64,000 bases of DNA from Malacoraja senta (taxonomy: Eukaryota). The translations under genes and the position numbers were made by a program. Of the stretch, positions 25,060 through 37,937 are shown piece after piece. The stretch is from contig CM075987.1 of the NCBI GenBank assembly GCA_038087875.1, positions 19,904,001-19,968,000 of the forward strand, in the 5' to 3' direction. The notes below the pieces were generated by a model. It was not told the origin of the DNA, did not search any database, and was given only the letters and a program-made list of their open reading frames with translations. The first letter of the stretch is position 1, and every line of letters begins with the position of its first letter.

Positions 25060-27163
25060 CAGTGCCCTCCATAATGTTTGGGACAAAGACCCATCATTTA
25101 TTTATTTGCCTCTGTACTCCACAATTTGAGATTTGTAATAGAAAAAATCACATGTGGTTCAAGTGCACATTGTCAGATTTTAATAAAGGCCATTTTTATA
25201 TATTTTGGTTTCACCATGTAGAAATTACAATAGTGTTTATACATAGTCCCCCCATTTCAGGGCACCATAATGTTTGGGACACAGCAATGTCATGTAAATG
25301 AAAGTGGCCATGTTTAGTATTTTGTTGCATATCCTTTGCATGCAATGACTACTAGCAGTCTGCAATTCATGAACATCACCAGTTGCTGGGTATCTTCTCT
25401 GGTGATGTTCTGCCAGGCCTGTATAGCAGTCATCTTTAGCTTGTGCTTGTTTTTGGGGCTAGTCCCCTTCAGTTTTCTCTTCAGCATATAAAAGGCATGC
25501 TCAAATGGGGTCAGATCGGGTGATTGACTTGGCCACTCAAAAATTGAGCTAATATTTTCATTTTGAAAAACTCCTTTGTTGCTTTAGCAGTATGTTTGGA
25601 ATCATTGTCTTGCTGCCAATGAGTTTTGAGGCATTTGTTTGAACTTGAGCAGATAGGATGTGTCTATACACTTCAGAATTAATTATGCTACTACCATCAG
25701 CAGTTGTATCATCAATGAAGATAAGTGAGCCAGTACCTTCAGCAGCCATACATGCCCAATCCATAACACCCCCACCACCGTGTTTCACAGATGAGGTGGT
25801 ATGCTTTGGATCTTGGGCAGTTCCTTCTCTCCTCCATACTTTGCTTTTGCCATCACTCTGATATAAGTTAATCTTCATCTCATCTGTCCACAAGACCTTT
25901 TTCCAGAACTGTGGTTGCTCTTTTAAGTACTTCTTGGCAAACTGTAACCTGGCTATCCTATTTTTGCGGCTAACCAGTGGTTTGTATCTTGCCGTGTAGC
26001 CTCTGTATTTCTGTTCATGAAGTCTTCTGCGGACAGTGGTCATTGACAAATCCACACCTGACTCCTGAAGAGTGTTTCTGATCTGTCGGACAGGTGTTTG
26101 GAGATTTTTCTTTATTATAGCAGAATTCTTCTGTCATCAGCTGTGGAGGTCTTCCTTGGCCTGTCAGTCCCTATACGATTAGTAAGCTCACCAACGCTCT
26201 CTTTCTTCTTAATGATGTTCCAAACAGTTGATTTTGGTAAGCCTAAGGTTTGACTGATGTCTCTAACAGTTTTATTCTTGTTTCTCAGTCTCATAATGGT
26301 TTCGTTTCTTTGACTTTATTGGCACAACTTTGGTCCTCATGTTGATAAACAGCAATAAAAGTTTCCAAAGGTGATGGGAAGACTGGAGGATAGACTGGGT
26401 GCTGAGAGCTCTCTTAAGGGGCTGTCCCACTTGGGCGACCTAATTGGCGAGTTTAGAAGAGTTTGAAAAAATGACATGTTGAAGACTTCCTTCGACTATG
26501 TAGAAGACCTCCTTCGACTATGTTGAAGACCAGCTTCGACTAGCTACGACTAACTTCGGGAAAATTGGACACCAAATAGTGGAGAGTGAAGACGATCTCC
26601 TTCGATCTCCTTCGATCTCCTTCGACCTCCCTTAGACCTCCCTTCGACCTCCCTTCGACCTCCCTTCGACTATGATGAAGACTATCTATGGCTACCTTCG
26701 ACTACCTTCAACTACCCTCGATTACCTACGACTAACATGCTGACCTACTACGACTAAACCTACGAGTAAAAAGTATCGACTTTTTCCATAGCGACTTTTT
26801 ACTCGTGGGCATTTTTTAACATATTGAAAAAAACGCCGCGACCTAGCTGAGGCCTCGAGTACGCGGAGACCACTCTCGAGCATGAAGGAGAGTTACGAAG
26901 ACCTCCTACGACCTCGTGTCGACCATGCTGCGAGTATGAGTCGAGGGCAAACTCGCCAGAACTCGCGGATTAGGTCGCCCAAGTGGGACAGGCCCTTTAT
27001 ACCTGCAGTAAGGAGGCAATTAAACACACCTGAGCAATTACAAACACCTGTGAAGCCATGTGTCCAAAACATTATGGTGCCCTGAAATGGGGGGACTATG
27101 TAATAAACACAGCTGTAATTTCTACATGGTGAAACTAAAATGTATAAAATGGCCTTTAATAAA
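25060..27163 (-). mobile_element. Tc1 transposon (IR/DR type), one end truncated, with nested MITE
   Basis: TA|CAGTGCCCTCCATAATGTTTGGGACA end; the matching inner repeat is inverted at ~27060-27163; ORF 25558-26055 has KVLWTDE.K and VKHGGG; probable ATG at 26340 (minus). Confidence 0.88.
26417..26996. mobile_element. Harbinger-type MITE nested in the Tc1
   Basis: AGGGGCTGTCCCACTTGGGCGACCTAAT TIR; TTA at 26414-26416 and 26997-26999; internal CCTTCGA/CTACGA arrays. Confidence 0.9.
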
Positions 27164-27199
27164 TGGCTTTGTAGAGTCCAGGTGGGCACAGTGGGGAAC

Positions 27200-27770
27200 T
27201 GAGGTTTTATAAGGCACTGCCATGACTGCATTTAAGGTATTATGAACAGCCTTGGGCCCCCTATCTCAGGAGGGATGAGCTGACAATGGAGAGAGTCCAG
27301 AGGAGGTTTACGAGAATGATCCCGGAGATGGGTAAACGTATGATCAGCTTTTGCCTCTTGACCTGTACTTGCTGGAGGTTAGAAGGGGGAGGGGGAGGGG
27401 GTGGTCATTGAAACTTACTGAAGAGTGAAAGGCCTGGATAGAGTGGATGTGGAAAGGATGTGTGCTCTAGTGAGAGAGTCTAGAAGCAGAGGGCCAAGCC
27501 TCAGAATAAAAGTACATATCTTTAGAAAGGAGATAAGGAGGAATTTCTTTCGTCAGAGGGCGATGAATATGTGGAATTCATTGTCACAGAAGGCTGGAGG
27601 CCAAGTCACTGGTTAGTTTTAAAGCGGAGATTGACAAGTTCCTGACTAGTAAAGGTGTCAAAGGTTATGATGAGAGGGCAGGAGAATGGGGTTGAGAGGG
27701 AATGATGATTGAATGGCAGAGTAGACATGATGGGCTGAATGGCCTGATTCTGCTCCTCTGACTTATGAAC
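27200..27770 (+). mobile_element. Degenerate CR1 3' fragment
   Basis: KGLDRVDVERM..ESRSRG.SLRIK..RRNFF.QR; CR1 3' UTR. Confidence 0.8.
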
Positions 27771-27839
27771 GTGTGTTTATGCATATACTTTGGTGAACTT
27801 TCTTTTACAAACTAAGTTATATTGTTTTCTTTAATTTAG

Positions 27840-27884
27840 GGACTGAGGGGTTACCCTGGATCACCTGGCCATCCCGGAGAATCG
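27840..27884 (+). CDS. COL27A1: Collagen exon, 45 bp (GLRGYPGSPGHPGES)
   Basis: ttttctttaatttag acceptor, TCG|gtgagt donor, five triplets; similar to recalled GHKGYPGPAGHPGEQ. Confidence 0.92.
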
Positions 27885-28889
27885 GTGAGTGTTCACTTCC
27901 CTTTACACTTAGTGATGCCATCTGTATTTTTGAATACAATATACAAGAATGAAATTCCGTAAAATGCAAAATTAACCATTTCAATTCCCTGTATTAATTG
28001 TTTGTCTCTCCATATCTGCATCTATAATTCAAACTGATTATATCCTACATTAAACCATATAAACCCCAGCTATCCCTGTGCATATTTGTGACAAAAGTAT
28101 TTTTTTGCATGTACGAAATCATCACTCTTTATTTCTTCTACAACCCAAAGACATTATGTCATTTTTCACAAGGTGGAGACATCTCCTATTAAAGATTTAA
28201 CATCCAAAAGGAATCACTTAGCTACATTGCTATTCTGATGGTCTTTTGCTGCTTGGGTATCAATTTCAACATACCTAGTTTGGGCATTGGTTGCAAACAG
28301 CCATGCTAAAGAATATCTTCATAGTTTGCCAGCAGAGGCCAAGGATAGATAAAATTGTGGAAGAGAAAACCAGCCTGCCATTTTCAAAGATTAATTTAAA
28401 GATATACATTTAAAACAAATGAAAACATTTCAGCGTTTTTACTTATGAATGATCGAATATTACTAGGAACAGCGTTGTCAGCCATTGTCCTTTAGTTTTT
28501 GTAAATTTTAAAGGAAATTTTGGTAAGTAAATCATCTGAGAAATTGCTCTGTGGACATGGCGTCAACTTTTCAGTTACCCCATAAAAAAGGTATGTGGTT
28601 TAACTTTGTGCTCTTTAATAAGGAAGCCGGCCTATAAAGAGAAACTGACAAAAATGGCAGAAGGAAAGGACAGTTTCTTCATCTAAACTGTCCCACAGCT
28701 TGTGATGCGCTGTGAATTGTGATGCAAATAAACTCCACCCATTCAAAGCCACATAACTTAGGAAAGGCAGAAGTGGGAAAATCTGTGCATCAGTCCAATA
28801 AAAATTAATTATTGGCTTATCTATAGTTCAAAACAAATTGATTCTGCTAATCTATCAATATTTTGACGATCGAAGATAAATATCTTTTA

Positions 28890-31120
28890 CTCATGGAGTC
28901 ACACAGCATGAAGACAAGCCCTTTGGCCCAACTTGTCCATACCAACAAAGATGCTCCATCTAAGCTAGACCCATTAAGCCCTTACCCTCTAAAGCCTTCC
29001 TATCCACATACTGTACCTATCCAAGTGTATTTTAAATGCTGTAATAGTACGTGCATCAACTACCTCTTCTGGCAGCTCATTCCAAAATGTTACCTCTCAG
29101 GATCCTATTAAATCTTTCCCCGTCACCTTAACCCTATGTCTTCTGGTTCTTGAATTCCCTATCCCAAGGAATAACCGCTATGCATTCACCCTTTCTATTC
29201 CCTTCAGGATTTTATGCGCCTCTGTAAGATCACCCATCAGCCTCCTGTGCACCAAGGAATAAAGTCCTGGATTTCCCAACATTTCCCTATAGATAGGTCC
29301 TTGCGTTCAGGCAACAGGTATTATGGTATTAAAAAGGAACTTGCTAAAGTTGATTGGAGTAGTTTACAAACAAAGGGACGTCTGAAAAGTGTGTGATTAT
29401 GAGAGTTCAGGGCATGCATGTTCCTGTTAGAGAGAAGGTCAAGGCAGGTGAGAGTAAGGAAGCTTGGATGACAAGAGTAAAAAGGCTCTGGTAAGGGAAA
29501 AGATGGAGACATGGGACAGGTATAGGCCACTGGGATCAAGTGTATCCATGTGTGGAGCGTCTGGAGATGTGCAAAGTCCTCAATGTGTATTTCTCCTCCG
29601 GTTTTACCATGGGGAAAAATGTGAAAACTGGGGAACTTGGAATAGTTAGTAGAGATATCTTGAGTCCATATTATGGTTGAGGAGGTGCTGGACATCCAAA
29701 GGCTTATGAAGGTAGATATATCTCACAGGCTTGATCAGATGTATTTGAGGACACTGTGTAAAGCTAGAGATGAAACTGCAGGAGCCCTGACTAAGATATA
29801 TGAATCATCAGTAGACACTGGTGAGGTGATGGAAGACCGGAAGGTGGCTAATGTTGTTCTTCTATTTAAGAAGAGCCACATGGAAAAACCTGGGAACTAT
29901 AGACCAGTGAGCCGAACATCTGTGGTTGGCAAGTTACTGTAGAGGATTCTGAGGCATACGGTATATGTACATTTGGATAGTTTCCATGGTTTTGTACATG
30001 GGAGATTGTATCTTACCAATATGATTGAGGTTTTTGAAGAAGTAAATGTAAAAGATTGACAAAGCAAAGCTATAAATGTTGTCTATATGCATTTTAGTAA
30101 GGTATTCAATAAGTTTCCACACGATAGGCTGCTCTGGAAGGTTAGGATCCAGGGAGAGATAGCTGACTCAATAGAGAATTGGCTCCAAGGAAGGAAGCAG
30201 AGGGTAATGGTGGAAGGATGTTTTTCAGACTGGAGACCAGTAACGTGGTATGCCTAGTCTAGTGATCAGTGCTGGGCCTATTGCTGTTTGTGGTTTATTT
30301 CAACTATTTGGATGAGAATGTACAAGGCATGATTAGTAAGTTTGCAGATGACACTAAAGTGGGTGATATTGTAGATAGTGAAGACAATTATCAAAAATTA
30401 CAGCACTATCTTAATCATTTGGGCAAGTGGGCTGTGGAATGGCTTATGGAGAATGCAGATAAGTGCGAGGTATTGCATTTTGGAAAGTCAAACCAGGGCA
30501 GGACCTTCACAGTGATTGGCAGAGTTCTGAGGAGTGCTGTGGAGCCGAGGGCTCCAGGAGTACAGGCACATGGTTCCCTGAAAGTGGTCACTGGTAGACA
30601 GGATGGTCAAGAAGGATTTCAATACATTGCCCTTCATCAGTCAGTATTGAGTATAGAAGTTGGATGTTTTGTTACAGATGTACAACATTTGGGTGAAGTA
30701 GCATTTGGAGTATTATGTTCACTTTTGGTCACCCGCTATAGGAAGGATGTCATTAAACTGAAAAGAGTGCAGAGAAGATTTATGTGGATGTTGCCAGAAC
30801 TCGAGGCAATAGGGTGAGATTGGGCAACCTAGGACTATCCCTTGGAGCACAGGAGGCTGAGGTGATCTTATAGAATATAAAATCATGAGGAGAATAAGTA
30901 GGATTAATGCACAGAGTATTTTACCCAGTAGAGGAATCAAGGGCTGAGGACATAGTGTTAAGGGGAGATGGGAAAGATTTAATAAGGCAAACAAACCCAG
31001 TCTATCCAGTCTCCACTCATAACTGAAATGTTACATCCCAGGTCATATACTGGTGAATCTTTTCTGCACCCTCTCTAGTGCTACCACGTCCTTCCTACAC
31101 TGTGACAAGCAGAACTGCAA
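28890..31120. mobile_element. Cluster of decayed CR1 pieces (minus 28890-29320, plus 29320-30990, minus 30995-31120)
   Basis: ANVVLLFKK..PGNYRPVS.TSVVGK, KFADDTKVG and a CR1 3' UTR on opposite strands. Confidence 0.8.
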
Positions 31121-32300
31121 TGAAAATCTCAACTTGGTTCCATTTATATATAAAGTATCCTGCAAAAGGACTTCAGGTGAAATTATAGTAAATATATTTG
31201 ATTTTTGTTCTGGACTGTAATGAATAACTTAAATTGTAATTAAATAGGTGTCTAGAAGTAAATTCTAATTGGAGATGAGCAAACAAGTTAGAATCTGCAT
31301 TACAATCTTTGGTAAACAAATTAAAAGTATGTATGTGGCACAAACGTAACTGTACGGTTTGGGTTCATATCACAAATGACCAGCTCTCTGTAAGTTATAT
31401 TATACTACAACTGTCTTATTTATTGGAAAGATGATTTTTTAAACCATTTCCATATGCATTTGAGGCGTAGGGGATCGTGTATGTATGAATGAATGTGCTG
31501 TAAATGCAGGGAATGTTGGACAATTTATCATTAAATGCATTTGCACTTCTAGGAATTTTTGGCAGGAATTAGACTTGATTAGATCCAGCTGCTTTTAGAT
31601 GTACATTGGATCAATTTTTTTAAAAGCTCTAACAAATATTTTGTATTCAGCTTTAACAAAAAAATAATAAAATATTTAAATGAATGAAAATACTGAAATT
31701 CCTTACAAAGGATTTTTAACCTTGCAAAAAAAAAGAAAAAAAATCAGTGTCACATTACTTGATAACAATAGAATTCTATTGGGTTTTTTTTAACCATCAG
31801 GATTGCAAGTGGTTAATGTAGAAACTACAACATGAATACAATTGTTTCTTATTGTGTTGGTCAGACTTTTAAATGCTCTTTAATGTAATCATTTAGGTTA
31901 ACAGGGTATTTATTCCTTGTGTGAGGACTAAGTAAATGTGCAAAGAAAAGTGCATTTATTTGAACTGAAATATTTGTTCTGCTGAAAATTCATTATGCAT
32001 GTTCCCATTTCCAATATGAATATTTCACTCAAAGTTTTCTCAATGACAAATAGTGCTTGTCATTATTTATGTGCAAATGTTATAGCAACTACAGTTGAGA
32101 GCAGATGCAAGACTAAACAAAAATATGAAAGTTATTATGTGAGATACTATTCTACTTATTAAATTCACAATAATAATAAACTTATATTGGAAAGTAATGA
32201 GTGGCATTTCGTTCCTGTATTTCCCCAATAAATATGGGCTAAACTCACCACAGAAAGCTAGGGATTGTCCATTATCACTGGTGTTTACTGTTTAAAAAAA

Positions 32301-32392
32301 GACAAAGTGCTGGAGTAACTCAGTGGGTCAGGCAGCAGCCCCAGAAAACATGGACAGGTGATGTTTCGGGTCAGGACCTTTCTTCGGACTGA
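32301..32392 (-). mobile_element. Penelope terminal-repeat fragment
   Basis: Reverse complement TCAGTCCGAAGAAAGGTCCTGACCCGAAACATCACC..CTGAGTTACTCCAGCACTTTGTC. Confidence 0.7.
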
Positions 32393-34137
32393 TTTGCTGT
32401 AACTCACTCTCTCTGTCTGTGATATTTTATTGGACAAATGTGAAGGCTTATTTCTTCTGGGTTTTTTATTGGAGAAAAATGTAATTCAAAGTTTCTTTCT
32501 CCTTTCTTAATCTTGCCTTTCTCTTGCTTACTCTTTCTCGTACCAATAGCTGATTTGATATTGAATCTACCATTGTATTGTACATTTCTGTGTTTGAGTA
32601 TATACAGAAAAGTCAATAATTAAATATTGCACAAAGATTGTAAGACGATCAATAAAAATCTAAAAACTAAAATGGCTGCATCTGCACTAGGAGAGAAAAA
32701 AATATCCTGATCTGTGTATGATTAAATTGATACTTCTAATATGTGATTTAGGAAGAATTATTTTAAACTTTCATGACTCATTATTGTTGAGAATCAGATT
32801 AAAGTCAACATTCTTTCAAATATTTCATTCTGTAATTTGCATGCTTACAATTTTCCAGCTCTTTTAGGTTCAAGAAAATGTCCTTGTTTCAACAGAAGCT
32901 TATTATAGGACCTTTTGAAAAAATTTGGTGCTATCATCATGTTACTTCTAACAGTGGTTGAAACAGAAGCATTTTAATTATACTTAGCATGTCTATCAAT
33001 TTTAAGACATCTGGATACTGTGAGGTCATGTCAGTCACCGCTAATAATATTTTGTGAGTGTTTCTGTTGGCAAACTTGAGTCTTAATGGTGAAGCAACCA
33101 TTTGCATTGTCTTGACTCAATAATAGATTTCTATCTCTTTGGCAATCCTTTTCTGTGCTTGGATGCTGCACTGTTCTGGAGTATGTATTAAAGAAAAACA
33201 AAAGAAGAAAAACACAATAACTGTTGGGGATATTAGCAAACACGGGGAACACATTTGTATAGCATTTTCCTGAATGCTATTTTAGTGAATCAGTAAGAAA
33301 AGAATGGTCCCTGTGTTAAATTGCCTGTATTAATGCTAAAATTAAGCCGGCAAACAGAAGAATGTCAGCCAAAGGTTTTGAGCATTCGTAGGTTAATGCA
33401 ATTAACAGTAATTTCCAGACTATTCTCCATGGAAATTGGTTCAATGCTTAAGTGATTCTGAACGGCTTTTAATGTAACAACAACTGCAGACTCTGTAGTG
33501 AGCTGAAGCCAGGCCAAATCTATTCCAGTTCTCAAGAGAAACGTTAAGGAAGAAGTAAGGGTGCAACAAATTTGGAACATATATTCTGGTCAATTTTAGA
33601 TGGCATTGATCAGCTCAATTTATTAGTGATACACAATCACCCCACTCGAACTTCACAGTGGGACCAATATAGATTAGATCATGTTTTTAAAATATTATTC
33701 CAGATGACTTGGACCAATCTGAGTGTTAAATTAAGAATAGTTCTTTGCTATGGAATCATGCCTCATGGGTTGAACTGAAACATGAATTCCTTGGAACAAG
33801 GGACATCCTAGAAATGAAAGCCAAGTTTTTACACTGAATCATGCTGCACTTGGCAGAGAGCTTCTTTAATTGTGTGCATGCATGAATACCATGTCAGTAA
33901 CACATCTGGAAAATAGTTTTCAAAGACATTTACTCGAGAATGTGTAAAGCTGTAATCCCAACTGCAACATTTCATTACTTTTTCATGATAAAATAAAAGT
34001 TAGTGTTGAAAATAAATTAAAAAATACTTAAATCTTAATATTGAATATTGAAACAAAATAAAGCCTAAAATGCTAGTTCCAGTTTGGCGATCTCCCCAGT
34101 GATCTTATTGGTAACATTGTCCTCCTCTTTCTAACAG

Positions 34138-34191
34138 GGGGAACGTGGACCAGATGGAAGCCGAGGTGCCAAAGGTTATCCTGGCAGGCAG
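34138..34191 (+). CDS. COL27A1: Collagen exon, 54 bp (GERGPDGSRGAKGYPGRQ)
   Basis: cctcctctttctaacag acceptor, CAG|gtgcag donor; GAKGYPGRQ matches recalled COL27A1. Confidence 0.92.
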
Positions 34192-34594
34192 GTGCAGTAA
34201 ATCTTCTCGTGCCGTGCAGTTTAATACAGAAAAAATGTTCATTTTGCAAAGCTTGTTTACTATAGATTTTACTGAATCATCCAAAAGAAGACATTAATGT
34301 ATGGTGGTAGACCTTATTTTGCATATAGCTTTCTGTTAACATTTCAAAATGGGAAAATTAATTATTAGTTCAACTGACTAATGACGATTGATTTTCTAAG
34401 CTCTCTCCTAATCTCGGGTCACACAGCTATAAACTAGCAACACAAAGTGTAAGATGAAAAGTTACCAAATTATACTATAAATAAGATTCTGCAAAGAATT
34501 TCCTTCAAAATTTATGATGCAATGAGATCAAATTTAAATCACATTTAAATTACTATTTAATGGAGGCAAAAACAATAAGGCAGCAGATGCCTTC

Positions 34595-35146
34595 AGGGGC
34601 TGTCCCACTTGGGCGACCTAATTGGCGAGTTTAGGAGAGTTTGAAAAAATGTTATGTTGAAGACCTCCTTCGACTATGTAGAAGACCTCCTTAGACTATG
34701 TTGAAGACTAGCTTCGACTAGCTTCGACTAACTTCGGGAAAATTGGACACCGAATAGTGGAGAGTGAAGACGACCTCCTTCGATCCCCTTCGACCTCCCT
34801 TCGACAATGATGAAGACTATCTATGACTACCTTCGACTTCCTTTGACTACCTTCGACTACCCTCGATTATCTACGACTAACATGCTGACCTACTACAACT
34901 AAACCTACGAGTAAAAAAAGCATCGATTTTTTCCATGGCGACCTTTATTTACTCGCGGGCATTTTTCAACATGTTGAAAAATACGCCGCGACCTAGCTGA
35001 GGCCTTGAGTACATGGGGACTACTCTCGAGCATGAAGGAGAGTTACAAAGACCTCCTACGACCTCGCGTCGACCATGCTGCGAGTATGAGTCGAGGGCAA
35101 ACTCGCCAGAACCCGCGGATTAGGTCGCCCAAGTGGGACAGCCCCT
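34595..35146. mobile_element. Harbinger-type MITE, same subfamily and orientation as 26417-26996
   Basis: Same TIR and interior; TTC on the left and TTA on the right. Confidence 0.9.
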
Positions 35147-35366
35147 TTAAACAGTCTGAGAACAAATGATCAACATTTCTACCCTAACTTTCAAAGCTTA
35201 ACATAAGGATGATATTAGTGAATATGTTGAATGCTCTTTATCGAATTTGCGTGCGAAAATGTAATAAATTTTTTTAATGTACTCTTGCTTGTCTGCTATT
35301 ACACAAAGCTGAGTAATCCATTTTTTAGAGTAATTATATTTATTAAGCAGCAGTCTCACTTTGTCT

Positions 35367-35489
35367 TTCTCGACCCGAAACGTCACCCATTCCTTCTCTC
35401 AAGAGATGCTGCCTGTCCCGCTGAGTTACTCCAGCAGTTTGTTTCTACCTTTGATTTAAACCAGCATCTGCAATTCTTTCCTACACAAC
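35367..35489 (+). mobile_element. Short Penelope terminal-repeat unit with 16-bp TSD
   Basis: CAGTCTCACTTTGTCT (35351-35366) and CAGTCACACTTTGTCT (35490-35505) flank TCTCGACCCGAAACGTCACCCATTCC. Confidence 0.8.
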
Positions 35490-36027
35490 CAGTCACACTT
35501 TGTCTGCTGCTTCTTGTTCTGGCTTTCCTTCATTGCTCTGCCACAAGTGTTGGCCTGGTTCAGGCTCCTGGAGAAAACGGACAAATTGGTCAGCTCTTTC
35601 CTGAATGCCACACATCTGACTTCTTGTTCTACCAGTGGACTCAGCAATAAGTCCAGGGGATGGGGTTGTGTTCCACAGAAGGATTGCATTCATTAGAATG
35701 GGTGTTGCCAGTCTGGATGGAAGGAGTAAGTGAAGATAAGTGGTTTGTGTTTTCTCTTTATTTTAATTAATTCTAATTAATGTCAGTTAAATAAATGATT
35801 AGGAAAAGATATTTGAAAGAATGTTCAGTCTTTTCATTGATTTACATCTATTCAACTGTATATCAGTGCCAGTTAAAATTGCTTCTGGCAGCATGAGCTG
35901 TCAAAAGCCAACAGGTGGTCTGGGGGGACGGCTTCAAGATCTGTTGCATGAGGTTACCCTATGTCATAGGACAGCCCGGGAAGCCAGTCTACTGGCCCTG
36001 TTTTACCTGCAGAGCTCTGAAAGATTA

Positions 36028-36686
36028 ACAGTGAAGAAGGCGAATGGTATGTTAGCATTCATAGCAAAAGGATTTGAGTATAGGAGCAGGGAGGTTCTAC
36101 TGCAGTTGTACAGGGTCTTGGTGAGACCACACCTGGAGTATTGCGTACAGTTTTGGTCTCCTAATCTGAGGAAAGACATTCTTGCCATAGAGGGAGTACA
36201 GAGAAGGTTCACCAGACTGATTCCTGGGATGTCAGGACTTTCATATGAAGAAAGACTGGTTTGTACTCGCTAGAATTTAGAAGATTGAGGGGGGATCTTA
36301 TAGAAACATACAAAATTCTTAAGGGGTGGGACAGGCTAGATGCAGGAAGATTGTTCCCGATGTTGGGGAAGTCCAGAACAAGGGGTCACAGTTTAAGGAT
36401 AAGGGGGAAATCTTTTAGGACCGAGATGAGGAAAACATTTTTCACACAGAGAGTGGTGAATCTCTGGAATTCTCTGCCACAGAAGGTAGTTGAGGCCAGT
36501 TCATTGGCTATATTTAAGAGGGAGTTAGATGTGGCCCTTGTGGCTAAAGGGATCAGGGGGTATGGAGAGAAGGCAGGTGCAGGATACTGAGTTGGATGAT
36601 CAGCCATGATCATATTGAATGGCGGTGCAGGGTCGAAGGGCCGAATGGCCTACTCCTGCACCTATTTTCTATGTTTCTATGTTTCT
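36028..36686 (+). mobile_element. Young 5'-truncated CR1 LINE
   Basis: ORF2 C-terminus almost identical to the copy at 1518-2060, in opposite orientation; (TTTCTATG)n tail. Confidence 0.92.
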
Positions 36687-37265
36687 AATATAGCCAAGGC
36701 GTTTGCAGTGGCTGGAGAAGGCATTGGGAAGGACGTGTCTCTTGGGTCAAACACAATCTAGCCAGTTATATTGAGTGCCACAATTGTCATTGTGTCAACA
36801 TCCAGGAACTTCTCACATGAAGCTTCTAAACTGGAAATGTAAAGTCAATCCACCAACATTTAGGGAAATCGGGGATTAAATTAACTGCCATCTTGCCAGT
36901 GACATCCCTATCCCAAGAATGGGTTAATAGATTGCTTTCTCATATCCATTAGTTACTGGTAAATTATTCATTGCACATCATTATTGTTATACAGATGGCA
37001 GCAACTCACAATTCAGCATTGACAACCAACAACTGAACCAAATAATGCTGATTTTAATGAGCCTCGTGTGAAGCATCTAACTCACAAGAGAGTATACCGT
37101 CGTTTATCTGGATGTTGCAGTGCATGTAGTTGTAGATTCTTGCAGGCTACTATAACTTTGCAGATTATTTTAGACTTCTTTATATATACAGTGCATTCAG
37201 AAAGTATTCAGACCACTTCACTTTTTCCACATTTTGTTATTACAGCCTTATTTTAAAATGGATTA

Positions 37266-37937
37266 TCACATTTATTATCACATACACCAATTGGTGTAGT
37301 GACATTTGACTTGCCATAGCAGCACACGAATAAAGATAAGACACAACATTAAAGAATTTAACAATAAACATAAAAACATCCCTCCACAATGGTTCCCACT
37401 GTGGGGGAAGGCAGCAAAGTCCAGTCAAGTCCCCTGTTCACCCATAGTCAGGCCTATTGTGGCCTCCGCAGTCGCCGCTACGGCAGTCCGATGTTTTCAG
37501 GCCCTCTCGCCGGGAAGATGGAACTCCGGCGTCGGGTGAACACTCCTCAGCGGCTTGCAATGTCTGGAGCGGCCGCTTCCTCCCCGGAGACTGCGGCTCC
37601 TGAAGTCCTCAGGCCGCGCTGGTTGGAGCTCCGACTCCACAGCTCCTCGGATGTTAGAGTCGGCGGTCACAGCATCCCGGAGCCTACCGCACGGCGACCC
37701 AGGTAGGGCATCGCCGTGATGGTGTCCCAGCGCTGTGCCGCCGCCGAAGCTGGGATTCCGGCCGGTCCCGACAGGAAACGCCGCTCCAGACCGATGGCAG
37801 GCCGCGAGAAAGGGGCGATGAAGCAGCTCGGAGGGAAGCCGCCTCTCCGACCAGGTAGGGACTACGAAATAAAGTTTCCCCCTTCCCCTCCCCCCACCCA
37901 CCACATAAAAGACTAGAAGACCTCCAAAACAAGGTCC
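37266..37937 (-). mobile_element. GC-rich non-autonomous retroposon-like insertion
   Basis: Interrupts the Tc1 left IR (compared with the intact right IR); minus-strand 3' end is AT-rich with AATAAA, like LINE tails. Confidence 0.6.
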
